From assembly GCA_010909165.1 (NCBI GenBank), contig MU008170.1, positions 1-64,000 of the forward strand: DNA of 64,000 nucleotides, in the 5' to 3' direction. A program made the translations under genes and the position numbers. The stretch comes from Anthoceros angustus (Eukaryota; Plantae; Anthocerotophyta). Positions 47,606 through 60,292 of this stretch are shown here, piece after piece (the stretch's first letter is position 1; each line of letters begins with the position of its first letter). The notes beneath the pieces are model-generated. The model searched no databases, was not told the origin of the DNA, and worked only from the letters and a program-made list of their open reading frames with translations.

Positions 47606-50600
47606 CTACTGAGCACTTAGAGTCTGCCATTCTCGAATTGCCGAGCGAATAGCGTGATTCGGTGTTAAGCTCCTGTGTGCCAGTTTGAGGTTAGTCATTG
47701 GAGATGTGTCATGTGCTTCCAGCCACAGAGTAATTGCTTCACAGTCATATGTGTGCCCATCTGCTGCAATTACTGGCTCTTGCATCACCTCCTGCAGAGT
47801 CGGAAAGTTCTCGTCAGTATCATGTGATAGTGCTGCTTGTGTTTCATACTTTACAAAATTGAAGGATGAAATACCTGCAGAATGGGGCATAGGAAGATGG
47901 TGGGAACTATGCTGATGCTTCCTTCTCTTGATAATGTGGGTATTTTGCTAGTGTTGTTGGTGACGAAGTCCTCAGCCAGCTGACGACAGTGTGTCAGGAA
48001 AGGGAGCACCCCCGTGTCTAGTTCGGGTCGTTTTTTCCTCTTCATTTCAGCACATTGCAGAGCTAGACGAGCCATCCTCAGTGCCTCCTCCAAAGGCCAC
48101 TTACCTGCAGAGCTGTCAAGCATTTCCTCAAATTCGCCCATCTCTATTGCAACTTCAGCTGCCTCCGTTATGCCAACAGCCTGTCTGCCAGTCAGCAGCT
48201 GAAGCAGAACCATTCCCAGCGCGTAGACATCAGACTTGGGCCCAAAGGAGCCTGTACGCTGATACTCGGGGTCAATATAAGCAAATGTTCCAACTGGCGT
48301 GGTGTCCCTGTGAAAGACTGAGTTGTAGCCTCTGCCCACGGAAGAGCTAGGAACAAGCTTCGCAAGACCTACGTCCCCAACCTTACTCACAAAGTTTCCA
48401 TCCAGTAATATGTTGGCAGGCTTCAGATCCCGGTGAACAATGGGCACAGGCTTTGAGCTGTGGAGAAAGAGTAAAGCAGTTGCCACTTCAGCTGCGATCC
48501 GAAATCGAGTGTGCCAAGGAAGCGCTATACTTCCTTCATCATTCAAAAGACAATCCTCTAGACTGCCATTTGCCATGTACTCGTACACCAAGCATCCTTT
48601 GTCAGGACAGCAGCCCAGTAACATAACCATGTGAGGGTGATGTATCCGACGGAGGAGTTCCACCTGTTTGTGAGCATGTTAAAAATGTGGACAAGTTTAG
48701 ACTCTGCAAACATATCTAGTCTTGGATAATGCACAACATGTCGCAAAACAAACACAGAAATGCTCACCTCGCGTTGAAATTCCTGAGAACCCTGAAGTCC
48801 GCCAGGATTAAGTACTTTGATGGCCACAGTTGTATGATGTATTTTCCCTTTGTACACCACACCATACCCACCTTCTCCAATCACAAAGTCTTGGGAGAAC
48901 CCATTGGTTGCTATGCTGAGCTCATCATATGTGTATTCTCGATAGTGTTGGTGAGCTCTCAACAACTCTGTGACATGCTTCCTTGCCTCTATTTCCTTTA
49001 ATGCTTTTGCTTCAGCTTCTTCCCGCCGACGCACTTCTTCTTCAACCGCTCGCTGTGCTGCCTCTGCAGCAGCAACAGCCTCCTCACGTTTCCTAGCCTC
49101 CTCCTCTGCCCGTTGTTTAGCTAGCACAGCCTCTCTCACTGCAGCTTGGCGCAACTTGACCTCCTGCTCCCGAAGAGTTGCCCATTGGTGCTCCTGGTGA
49201 CCACGAAATGTCAGGCCCCTTTGTGCATTGGCAAGCTTACAGTCAATTGATCCAGACAGATCTTATTCTCTCAACGCACCTTTTGATGGGCTAGAGCTGC
49301 AGCCGCAAATGCTTCATTGCACCGAAGGCTTTGGATCTCTGCATCCTTTTGTGCTTCACATACAGCAACCTTTGCTCTGGCGAGCTGTAATTTCAGGTCC
49401 TCCACCTCTGAAATATTGCCCTGGATGTCCACAGGTAGCCTGTCATTTAAAGAACACTGCATACAGTCCAGTATCTGCACTTAGGAACAGACTTTCCTTG
49501 CACCAATAAGTTCATCATCTCGAAAAGCTACTGTTTGTAAATTCCAGCACACCATACCTCGCTCTCGTTTTGTTTGGGCAGGCAACCTGTGTTAGATAGA
49601 TGACAGTCTTGAACATTGAAGGTGAAACCCACAAGGTTGGCCACCCTAAACCCATCTTCTCCTGCAAATAGATCCTCAGTAGCAGGTCGAATTTCTGCTA
49701 CTGACTCGTCATGAGCAATTAAACCGCTTCTTAAGCCTGTTGGTTGGGCCATCACGCATTCGCCAGCCACCTCAACAGCAACAGCTGGTTCACCAACTTC
49801 TGGGCTGGAGTACAAACAAATCGCAAGAGAGTCTGCCTCAGAGGACTCTGAATCTGTTGGTCTGATGGGAGTGGCCACCGGCCTCTTCATGTGCTGACCT
49901 GTATTCTGCACCCCTACTTCTCTGCTCCGCATAGCTCTCATGGTAGAATTACCTGCCATGTCGGCACCCCTGGTGACCGCAGACAATGGTAACTGCTGGG
50001 TCTGAGTGGGTGCTGATTGTGTCCTTGAAGGATCATAGAATGGCGAGAGGAATAGTTGACTGCCATGAGGCCCAAGAAAAGAGTGTTGACCAGGCAGCTT
50101 ATGGAGCCCACTAAAAGAATAGAGAGGGACTGCTGGACTTGAAAAAAACTGGCCATGACTTAAGGGCTCTGGCAGATATGTCTGAGCACGACCAACTCCA
50201 GAAGGCAAATTTTTACGCGGTACAGTAACCGATTGACATAAGGATGCCACCTGTAGTGCAGAATGTTGCTCATCAAAATTCCCCCCTGCATAACAATGGC
50301 CCAGGTGAGAGATACAAACATGCTTACTTCAATGATAATGCCATAACCAAGTAACAGTAAGTCATACCTGTTGAATGAATAGAAGAGACGGAAGGGCGAC
50401 TGGAACTGATAGCTTCATCTGTGCTTGATGTGGAGTCTGGTGATGATGGAAAGACAGGCGAGCCATCAGCCTCCCTAACAGCAATAAGTCTCCCCTTGGT
50501 CACAACAAGCACTGCGCAAAATCTTGGAGCGTTCTTTGCCACATAGGCAGCAACACCGGACCCCCTTAACTTCCTAAATGCTTCAACAGGTGTCCTGAGA

Positions 50601-51925
50601 GAATTTTTATTTTGTCAGACAAACGATCCCTCGGTCAAAAAGGGCAGTATTGCAAAACACGCACCACAGTTAGCGCAAAAAAGATCTGAAATGACCCCCA
50701 ATTGTGCTGTGACCAAATAGTGCTGTGACACCTTGTTCTACTCCTCACCGAGCAAGGATGTTGCGGGAAGACCCAATAATGAGTTTACTGATCCCGAGCC
50801 TGGACACTTCACGCACGAGGGCCTTTTGCACTGAATCGCTCTCCACTATAACAAAGTCCACATCCACCTGGATAGTGCACCATTGGGAACATAGCAGGAC
50901 ATATAATCATTTATTCCTTCATGCATATAGATCAGGCGTTGAGAAGAGCTTTTACAGCAACAACGTCTAAACCCATGTGTCATGAACACAAAGAAGAGCT
51001 GACTAAGCTGTCCCTACCTTGTGCATGTCACATATCCACTGATGGTCTCGCAGAAGGTCCACAGTCTTGGCCTTCGCATCTCTTATAAAGGCAGCTGCTA
51101 TTTCACTGCTGACTAGCTCAACCGGCACAAAATTTCCCACTGCAGATGACGGACAATTCCATATTAAAGCCCCTTGCTCCAGCAACTTTGATTCGAACAT
51201 CAAGGGCAGTGTAATTGTTCAGACAGTAAAGGGGTCAGAAAAAAAGATAACAACGACACAAAACTGGCAGACTCGATGCAGCCTGTTTTACCAGAGACAC
51301 AAAAATGTTTTGCATGACTTCATGATTTCATAGAGGAAAATTACAACCAGTACCCGAACACGGTACTTGCATGTTCCTAACAGCTAGACACGCCCAGCAC
51401 TCTTTGCAACACCTGTTGAAATGGCGTGAAATCAGCAGGGACAAAGAGGGGTGATGAAGACGTACAGGGTGTCGGAATGAGCCTGATCGGCGGCCGGACA
51501 TGGACAAGAGTGATACAACCTCCTTTTGGAATGAAGTTCACAATGGCCCATCTCAGAGCCTCCTTGTTCGCTTCATCTTTGCTCACTGCAACAACTATCT
51601 TCTCGACTCCTGAGCCACTGACATCGGGTTCCTGAGAGGCAAAAGGCTTGGGCCCCCGCATTCCACCCAATTCTGCTCCATCCTCCTGAATCTCCACATC
51701 AATCCTCCCCTCTGATGCCTTTCCACTCTCGTCACTTTCTTCCAACAACCCAAGATCCACCGACTGCTGTAGTGTATACCCCTTGTGCCGCGAATTCCCA
51801 GCCCACCTCCATCTACTCCTACCAACTGCATCTTCACTATAGTCTACCTTGGCCTTCCCTAGCTTTTTCCAACTGACCATGACCCTGTCAACAAAATTCC
51901 CTGTCTTTGTTTCTGCAGTGAGCAT
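47606..51925 (-). CDS. USP (UspA-like)-kinase-U-box protein (plant PUB class with Ser/Thr kinase), multi-exon
   Basis: KIVVAVSKD...ALRWA...TLVHV (USP); coiled coil; IGEGGYGVVYKG...VAIKVL, IVHRDLKPANILLD, GDVGLAKL, GTFAYIDPEYQ; CPILQ|EVMQEPVIAADGHTY...TSPMTNL...LTPNHAIRSAI (U-box). Confidence 0.93.
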
Positions 51926-54900
51926 CTCATCCTCCCGTACTAGCTCACGCGTTTATTCCTTCAAACGCTTGAGCATCGCCAGAAGTCCGTGCCTAGAACT
52001 GCACCCATGAGAGACTCCCTTAGTATCTATCACATATGTTGCAAGTGTGACTGCTACAGATCTGGGAAGGGAAAAAAAAAAAGGGACAAGAGAACCACAT
52101 GTTACCTTCAGGTAGGGAGGATGACAATACGCTTCACCAGCTCCAACCGAACCGGCACTTCCAACCATCCGATTTTCCAGTAGGCAGCATGCTGCATGAA
52201 CATTGGCTATTGCACGACAGTGTAAAAGAAGTTGAAAATGGCCTCGTGCAGCTCGGTGAGAAACTCGGAGAGCACGAGGGAAACCTGCACGACGAAGCTA
52301 CCCACCGGGGAGATGGGAAGGGTAGTATACATAAAGTAGGCAAGCTTGGTAGGCATGGAGAGCCACACCCAGGGATTATCAGCGTTGTGCAACGGGGATC
52401 TCCAAGGCAGCTGATCCATGAACGATCCGAGCAGACAGATCCCGCATCGGCTATTCAAGCCCCGGCGACCTCACAAGACCCCCGATCAGCACACCGTCGG
52501 ATCTACTACCACCCAACGCATTGCCCTCCTGCGGCATACATTCCTCAATAATCTCCATGGCTGAGCAGCGCAAACAAGCGGCCACACCAATTCAAACCCA
52601 ACACCCACTCTTCCCCCCGGATCAAGACGTTTGCACGGCTCCCTACCGAAAATTTCAGAAACCACCCACAAATTTAAAACCAAATGTTGAAAAAAGCCGC
52701 TCGCGCAGCAGGCACAATCTGGAGATTGGGCTAACCGGGATCCAGCCACACCAGAAACAATTCTTTCTATGTTTCTTTCTGCGCTCCGTTCGTGGAATGA
52801 CGATCTACCGCCTGCTGGCCGCGGGGGGGTGGAAAATTTTGAGGGGCGGCGGCTGCGGCAGCTCTGGCTCTGGACTGCGGCACATGAGAGACTGGAGAAG
52901 CCGGCAGGCCAGGCCAGGCAAGCGCCGCAAGCGCAGGCTGCACGAAGCGAAAGCTCAAAGATTGGGATCTGCGTGTTTAAGGTGATGGGTGGGGGCAGGA
53001 AAGAGAAGGGGAGGAAAGGAGGATGGCGAGCCGACAGCTACAGTCTCCACGTTTTGTTATGGCCGAGATTCGCGAGTCCCAAAAATGGTTTGCAGGCAAC
53101 GACACGTTGCGGCGTCGTGAACTTGTGCCTCCAAATCCGCCGTTGCTTCCAAACCCACACCACTGATCATGCACCTATTCTAAGTTATCCTGCCCAGATT
53201 AGCGTGATGTTCCACCTTCCTGCTAGATATGTCCGTCTAATCATGCCCCAACATGGCTGCCCATCACCCCTTGCCTTCCTGTCTTGTACAGCGCTTAGCA
53301 TCCCCCATTGGGTTTCGGGCTCATCTGCACACCCCGATAAGTCTGCCGAGCCCAACACAGATTTCCGATAACACAGCTCCACCATGAGGGCTGCGCATGC
53401 ACATCCTGCCTAGAGTGGCGTTGCGTCTGTTTTGGATGATGGGCCCTGTGTGTTAACGTCCATTACGCAGCGCTTGACATGTGTCCTTCCGAGGGCGGGA
53501 TGGGATGTCAGAGGCTCGCCATTTGCTACCAGCTTTCGAGGAAGGAATGTGGTGGGCCACTATGGCTGCTTCCAACGTGCCTCACTTGATGCTTTTCAGA
53601 TTCTTCCGCAATTCTTCTCTGATGAGAGCATTTGGGGAAGGGACGATCCAATCTTAAGAAACGAAAACCGCGTTTACAAGATCAGGGACCGCCAGATCTG
53701 TGACCAGGAAAGAGGCTGCTCTACAGTGTTCTGTTCTACTGTAATGCACTTTATCCTAAGGTCCAAGCACCATGGCCATGATTGCTAGACCACCCATCTA
53801 CCTACCAGAATCGAGGACGACGCTCACATGGTTAAACCCGGTACCCAGCGGAGGCTCGGCAGCCCGCTGCCCGGCCTCTCGGATCAAAACTAGGCTAGCG
53901 GCGCTATTGTAGCTGCTGCTGTGGCTGTAGCTCTCAAAACAGGGATGACCTCCGATGCAGAGAGCCAGACCTCCAGACTCGTCCCAGCTTTAGAATGCGC
54001 ACTGCATATCTAGTCACCAGCCACTTGTCGGTGATGGATGTGGGTTGGTGTGGGTTGCTTCCCAACTGGCCTAGTTCTCTACCACAAACATCCCGCAGAC
54101 GGACAGCTCAGCGTCAGTACCCAAGTGTTACCAAAGTGTGACTGTGTTATGTGGAAAACGCTGTTGCCATCGTAACGCCCCGGCATGGACCACCTACCCT
54201 TGCAAGCCGTCAGAGCTCTGGGAGTTGCTGGGTCCATGAAGATCATTGTGAGCACCATGCCTTTGACACGCAAGACGCATGCGTCACAGTGGCGAGGAAT
54301 CAGGTGTGGAGCAAGCACAGAACATGACCGGTTACCCTTACGCCTACCCGACCGGCGTCATGAAAGCATCCCGCCACCTCGCGATCACCTCAGTTGCTCA
54401 TAGATGCATTCACATGTCGAGGGTCAGAACTAGCAAGTTAGCAAACCTGTGGAGTGAAAGGTAATTTTCTCTCGCTCTTCTTCACTGAAGCTTTCAAGTC
54501 CGACCAGTTTTCAGTCCACTTGTCAGGTCTTGCATGCATATCATCTGGCCCAGATGCTGTTATCACCCTGTAAGTGAAAGGGCATAGTGTCAATCGAGTA
54601 GTGGAGGGTTGGTTAAGGATGGGCTGAAGCGAAATGGCTGCATGCCTCCTTCTGCTGCATAGTACCTACATAATTTGAAGAGTGGCTGTCAAACCAGAGG
54701 ACCCACACAGGCCACAGATGCCCACCTTGAGAAGCGCATTCCATGAAAACAGTTCCTTCCAGTGAACGTACTGTCCTCCTCGCCGTTCCTATTCCAGTCT
54801 ATGTTTGGGAAGTGCTTGCGCATTTTGCTCTCCTTCCTCATTTTCGCTCGGGTACGTACACACAGGAACCTTCGGAGCTGCTTGTGCTGCTGCTTTTTCC

Positions 54901-55232
54901 TGGGAATTCGTTCTCTGTGTAGATAGGTGGATACGGCGGCTGGCTAGCAGATACTTGTGCAGATAGTGCTACGCCCGGTGAGTATGGTATGGACATATTT
55001 ATCAACAAGTGGTATGCCATATAGAGGCGGACCACCAAATCCAAGGAGCTGCAAAATGTTTTCGTGATTCACATCGTCAATGTTTAGAGAACTACGAAGT
55101 CTTAAGTCTGCAAACAAAGTCACATTGATTATAAGGACAAGCTCCTGCACGCGGTGATAGAGAAAAGCTTGAGGAGCTAAAAGGCAGTGAACAGCAGCTG
55201 ATATGATGGATGCGAGACTCGAGTGAGGTTGT

Positions 55233-56327
55233 TCACACATTGGCGTAATCCCCGAGTCTGGTCCCGACAACCATCCAGCAGTTTTTATAAGCACCAGTGC
55301 CCACCTACACCCACCACACAGGACAGAGCACACAGCCCACAACACACAGCTGAGCATGAGCAGCTTGACAATGGAGTATCGGTGCTGACACTGGCCATTG
55401 CCTCAAGTACGAACCACCAACCTTCTCCAAGCAGAATGTGTATATTCGAGACTTTTCACTGCCGTCATCAGCAAGGAACTTGATCCTCACGGCTTGCAGA
55501 GCCCGCTTGTTGGCAGGTCCATGGAAGATCATGGGAGACGCCATCTACATGATGGGCACACACACACACACAGAGGCAAGTTAAGGCAGCAGAGTCTGGG
55601 AGCAGAAACAAACCATGACCCTGACAGAGCATCCCACCTCCCAGTGAGTGCAGTTGATGATAGATGCGTACATGGGATCCCGAAGCAACTTGGCAAAATT
55701 GTCCAGCGACAGGTACTTCTCCACCGCATCCCAGGCCCTGGCCGCGGTCACGGGAGGCGTTCCCTGTTGCGCGGCAGAGGCCCGAATGCTCTCAGGCAAA
55801 CGTGCATTCTAGCCCAGGCCCGACACCGGTGAGGGATAGGGAAATCATTCACACTCACCTGGCCCGCAAGCATCTCCTCCGCCCGAGCGGGCATAGCGAA
55901 TGCGAATGCTGTCTTAATCCCGCTGTCCTCATCCGGCCAGTCGTTCCGCATCAACGCGTCCATCTGCCACACAAGTACGCAGACAAGCATTGCAGCATTG
56001 CAGCACACCACACCAAATCAGCAGCCGCAACAGGATCACGCAGGACTGACGCACCTGCACTCGCACCACGGTTGTGGGCGGCATGAGATGGCTGGGCTTC
56101 CTGTCCTCCAGCGGCCACGACTGCTGCGAGGAGTGGACGTGCCGCATGAATTGCGCCAGTAGGTGGGCGCCATCTTCGCTGTCCGCGGAAGCGGCCAGGA
56201 CGGGGCAGAGCCGCGCTCTGGGCAGCAGCGTGGCCTGGTGGGCGGCGGCGGGCAGGAGCGGCAGCGGAAGCGGGCCGGCCCCCAGGCTAATGCGGTGGGC
56301 GGGCGTCGTTCGCAGCATCACGGCCAT
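55233..56327 (-). CDS. Plastid-targeted DUF4864-like small protein, ~5 exons
   Basis: Transit-peptide-like N-terminus. Spliced VVRVQ|MDALMRNDWPDEDSGIKTAFAFA and a final exon GTGAYKNCWMV resemble the QLDAL-ND-P-D-GI...CWM family. The family name is from memory. Confidence 0.7.
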
Positions 56328-56450
56328 GTCTAGGGCTGGCAATCACACAAGGCCCAGCAGTCATCCAAGCATAAAGAGAAGCACCCGACGGGCGCTCGTC
56401 AGCTCGTCCCTTCCATTCCAGCCCAGTCCCGACGGGAGCGTTTGAGCGCC

Positions 56451-57425
56451 ATGGCCTCCCCAGCGCCGCCTGCTCCTCCAGCCAATTACTGGGGGGACGA
56501 GCCGGAGGAGGAGTTCTACGCCAAGCAGGGCGTGAGGAACGCCAAGGCCCCGTTCCTCACCAAGCACGGCTCCATCTTCACGCAGACGTTCCAGCCTGTG
56601 GAGGGGCAAGTGAAGGGGCTGGTGTGCTTCTCGCACGGCTACGGGAGCGACACGGGGTGGATGTTCCAGAGCATTGCCATCGAGGTGGCGCGGTGGGGGT
56701 ATACGGCGGCGGCGGCCGACCTGCTGGGCCACGGCCGATCGGACGGGCTGCACGGCTACGTCTTCAGCCTGGACGCCTTCGCGGAGTCCCAGCTGGAGTT
56801 CTTCCAGTCCGTGCGGGAGCAGGAGCAGCACCGCGGCCTCCCGGCCTTCCTCTTCGGGGAATCCATGGGCGGGGCGGTCACCCTCCTGATGCACTGGCTG
56901 GATCCCGCGGGCTGGACAGGTGCCGTGCTCAGCGCGCCCCTGCTCAAGATCCCACAGGGAATGCTTCCCCCCTGGTGGGTGAAGCTCACGGCCTTCCCCG
57001 TGCTCAGCCTGGCGGACTCCTGGGCGGTCGTCGCCGAGAACAACATCGTGCGCAAGAGCATCCGGGACCCTGTCAAGGCCAAGGCCATCGCCTCCAACCC
57101 CAGACGGTACACGGGGAAGCCCAGGGTTGGGACCATGCGGGAGCTCCAGCGCGTTTGCGACTACTTCGCACAGAACTTCGAGCGATGCAGCCTGCCCTTC
57201 CTGGCTCTGCACGGCACCGAGGATGTGGTGGCCGACATCGAGGGCACCAAAGAGCTCTTCGAGCGAGCATGCAGCTCCGACAAGACGCTCAAAATCTACG
57301 AGGAAGCTCGGCACTCGCTCATTCAGGGCGAGCCGGACGAAACCCGGGCTGTCGTGTTGGCGGACATTAAGGCCTGGCTGGAGGAGCGGGTGGAGAAGCA
57401 TGACAGCCAGATCAAAACGAAATGA
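56451..57425 (+). CDS. CSE: Caffeoyl shikimate esterase-like / monoacylglycerol lipase-family alpha/beta hydrolase; intronless
   Basis: NYWGDEPEEEFYAKQGVRN...IFTQTF...SHGYGSDTGWMFQ...DLLGHGRSDG...FLFGESMGG (nucleophile)...HGTED...HSLIQGEPDE closely follows Arabidopsis CSE/LysoPL2. Confidence 0.88.
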   Translation: MASPAPPAPPANYWGDEPEEEFYAKQGVRNAKAPFLTKHGSIFTQTFQPVEGQVKGLVCFSHGYGSDTGWMFQSIAIEVARWGYTAAAADLLGHGRSDGLHGYVFSLDAFAESQLEFFQSVREQEQHRGLPAFLFGESMGGAVTLLMHWLDPAGWTGAVLSAPLLKIPQGMLPPWWVKLTAFPVLSLADSWAVVAENNIVRKSIRDPVKAKAIASNPRRYTGKPRVGTMRELQRVCDYFAQNFERCSLPFLALHGTEDVVADIEGTKELFERACSSDKTLKIYEEARHSLIQGEPDETRAVVLADIKAWLEERVEKHDSQIKTK

Positions 57426-57632
57426 ATACGCGATGGGCATAACTACTTACGTAGATAACATTCCTGCCCGTAGTATAGACGTGGCAACATTGTTTACAAA
57501 CTCCTCCCCAGCCGTTAGCACACGCTAGGCTGTGGCAGGAGTAGGAAGAACTTTCAGTCCCCCAAGAATATCAAGTCTGCTTCTCCTACCTCCTACTCTG
57601 TACCATCGTACCTGTCGCACCCGGGCGGGGTT

Positions 57633-60292
57633 TCAAGCACGGGAGCCCATAACAGGTGAATCCAAGTCGTCCTCCTCTGCAAGCCAGTGAGTTGGCAAAG
57701 TCGGGTTTCTCCATTGCATGCGGGAGGATGGCAGCATGGGCATGGCGAACACAGACGTCGCAGGCAGCCCGTCTTGACCTAATCCCAAGCTTCTGGTGTA
57801 GGCAGCCTGCCAAGGGATATGCATACAGGATGCGTCATCCTTCTGCGGAGTCGACGAGCAAGGGCAGCACATGGGATTAGCGGTGGGCATCACCTTTGCT
57901 CTGCTCATTACCGTCATTGCGTCTGACGCCACATTTTGGACGAGTGACTTGCCGTCCTCCCTGGAGAAGGAAGACGGCCTGGCAGCAAACAGACGAGAAC
58001 GCGTTAGGAGAAAGAGACCCTGTACCGGCAGACTGCATCTCCTAAGCAAAAGAGGGAGGCTTGCGTACACTTCGGCGATCGATATCATGAGGGGAGACGA
58101 TTCGCTTTCCTCGCCTGTTGCCATTAATATTCCATCACGGCCATGACCTGTTCAGGAATTCGAATAAGTCAGCAAGGGAATGAGAGTGCAGATATTGACA
58201 ATGCCATACACCGAAAAAGCGTTTCCGAACCTCTGGGACTTTCAGGAGCGAGCAAGTACATGCCGATGAACAAGGAACATATACCGACACCAAACATCGC
58301 GGCTCTAAATCCATCGAAAACCTGAAACCTCCCAGAAAGCAAAACGTGAGGATCCGATTTCTTACGAAACATAAGTCGTGAAGAGAAGAAGGCGAATAAG
58401 TTGCCAACCTGGTATTCCTGAAAGTAGATGAAGCCAGTGAAGATGGAAAAGAAGGTCCACACAATTTGCAACATTGGCACGATGAGAATAGAATCAAACA
58501 TGGAAAGTCCATCATTCAACCGAGCCATCTGCATCCACATCACATCCCGAGATTTAGCCACATCACACTCAGGAAGGTTAATGAGACCAAAATTTACCTG
58601 AAGATAATTTATATGTTTTCGTTTAACTCAGTTACCTGAGGTAAACGAAAAAATCGTACTGGCCTTACCTATATAGCCTACACTGCAAATTCAGAAAAAG
58701 CACACTACCGAGGTCTGAAGTCCACAAACAGTGTCTGTGCCTACCCAAAATGACGCCGTCACCAGAAACAGGACAAGAACACCATAGGTGAACCACCCAT
58801 CCAGCTGACTCTCCCCGTTCATTGTTAGTCGGAGCAGAATTGATCTGTAAGGCGTACATTGCGATTCAGGGGAGTGGCATTGCTTCATCATCAAGAGCAA
58901 AACATTTCAATAGCACAAACCTTCACAGCGCTGGTTATAGGAGCACGTACAAGGACTTTGCAAATAACACAGAATGAGTTCCGATAGCGCCTGATACCAT
59001 AGCATACGATAAAGGAATAAGCGTTCTCCAATGTGGTGACAGGTCCCCCTCCTTTCGTGCAGAAAGCTCTGTTCCACGTCTTCATAAAAGTTCAGAAAAC
59101 AATGTTAGTTAACCTCAAATACTGGTAGCATATCATGTGCTACACGGCATGAAAGTTGCTCGGGTGCCCAGAGTTTGCCCAACATGACACTGGTAAGATT
59201 CTAGTTTCATACCTGTACACTGCATGGAGGGAGACAACAATGATCACAAGAAACGCACAGTATCCAAGGTAGATATGGTTCGTGTATTTCTCAAGTAACT
59301 CGTCATGCGTATAAACTGCAGCAAGATCAACAAACACCAGGATTCAACGAAAAGAACGCATTTCAAAGCTACCTTGACCGCAAGAGCAGAAACTTGTGCA
59401 TCAATGGACCACACTCTGAAATGAAAATCAGGAGCATCGAACAAAGTGAAGCGAGTGTAACCTGGCCTTACTAAGAGATTGGTGATTCCCGAAGGAAACA
59501 AAGAAGATATTCCCAATCACAATGAATACGGTAGCCATCAGTACCCTGCAACAGACACAATTGCACAGATCATTCAGAAGATCCACATTTCTGTCAAGTC
59601 TAAAAGATGAGATCAAGAGTTCAGATGCCTTACCAATGACTCACTGACTCGCCCAAAACCCAGTAGGCAAACCCGACATTAGAAACAAATTGTATCGATC
59701 CCAAGGCCGCAAGCAAAGACTGTCAAGCCACTACAACTGTCATGGGTTAGATTTCATGAGCCATTCACTTGAGATTCTTGCGAAAGCCCCAAACAACCAA
59801 TCCAAAGTACCTGAGCTGCGTATCCGAAAGATAAGAAGTTTACAAAGTTTCCAAGGGCGAAAACCAGAACACCTAATGCGGCAACAGACAAGAAACTGTA
59901 GTCAGGCACGCGTCCAGAGTGTGGCAGCATTCAGACCACTCCTTGTGATGCCCACGTGTATTGTACATTCCATGTAAAACGTCCACGGACATACCAATAC
60001 GCCAGGCCGAAAATTGAGAGATGTGTTTCTTTACAACGGTCTTCTCTCCTGACAAAGCTGCCTCGTGAGCTGCGACTCTATCTCTCTGAGGAAAGCACAG
60101 AAGAAAAATAAGGATGCCAAGCGAAACCATTTCTAGCCTCCTGAAGACACCGTTTCCAGCAAAAGAACACGAGGCAGAGCGAACCAGCGGTGCCCTGACC
60201 TCATTGTGCCCAAGTTTAAGCAGATTCGTTCCTAAGTTGATGCCAATGCTGCCCACTACATTCATGACTGCTCCCACGATCCATTCTCCCAT
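57633..60292 (-). CDS. NIPA-family probable magnesium transporter (NIPA8-like), multi-exon
   Basis: MGEWIVGAVMNVVGSIGINLGTNLLKLGHNE, FVSFGNHQS, ARLNDGLSMFDSILIVPMLQIVWTFFSIFTGFIYFQEYQ and SLGLGQD...MPM. Confidence 0.92.

Noticed and set aside
53432-53788. 118-aa ORF upstream of the U-box gene
   Set aside because: No recognisable domain or splice support.
56361-57440. 359-aa ORF on (-) and 248-aa alternative-frame ORF on +
   Set aside because: Shadows of the high-GC CSE-like coding sequence.
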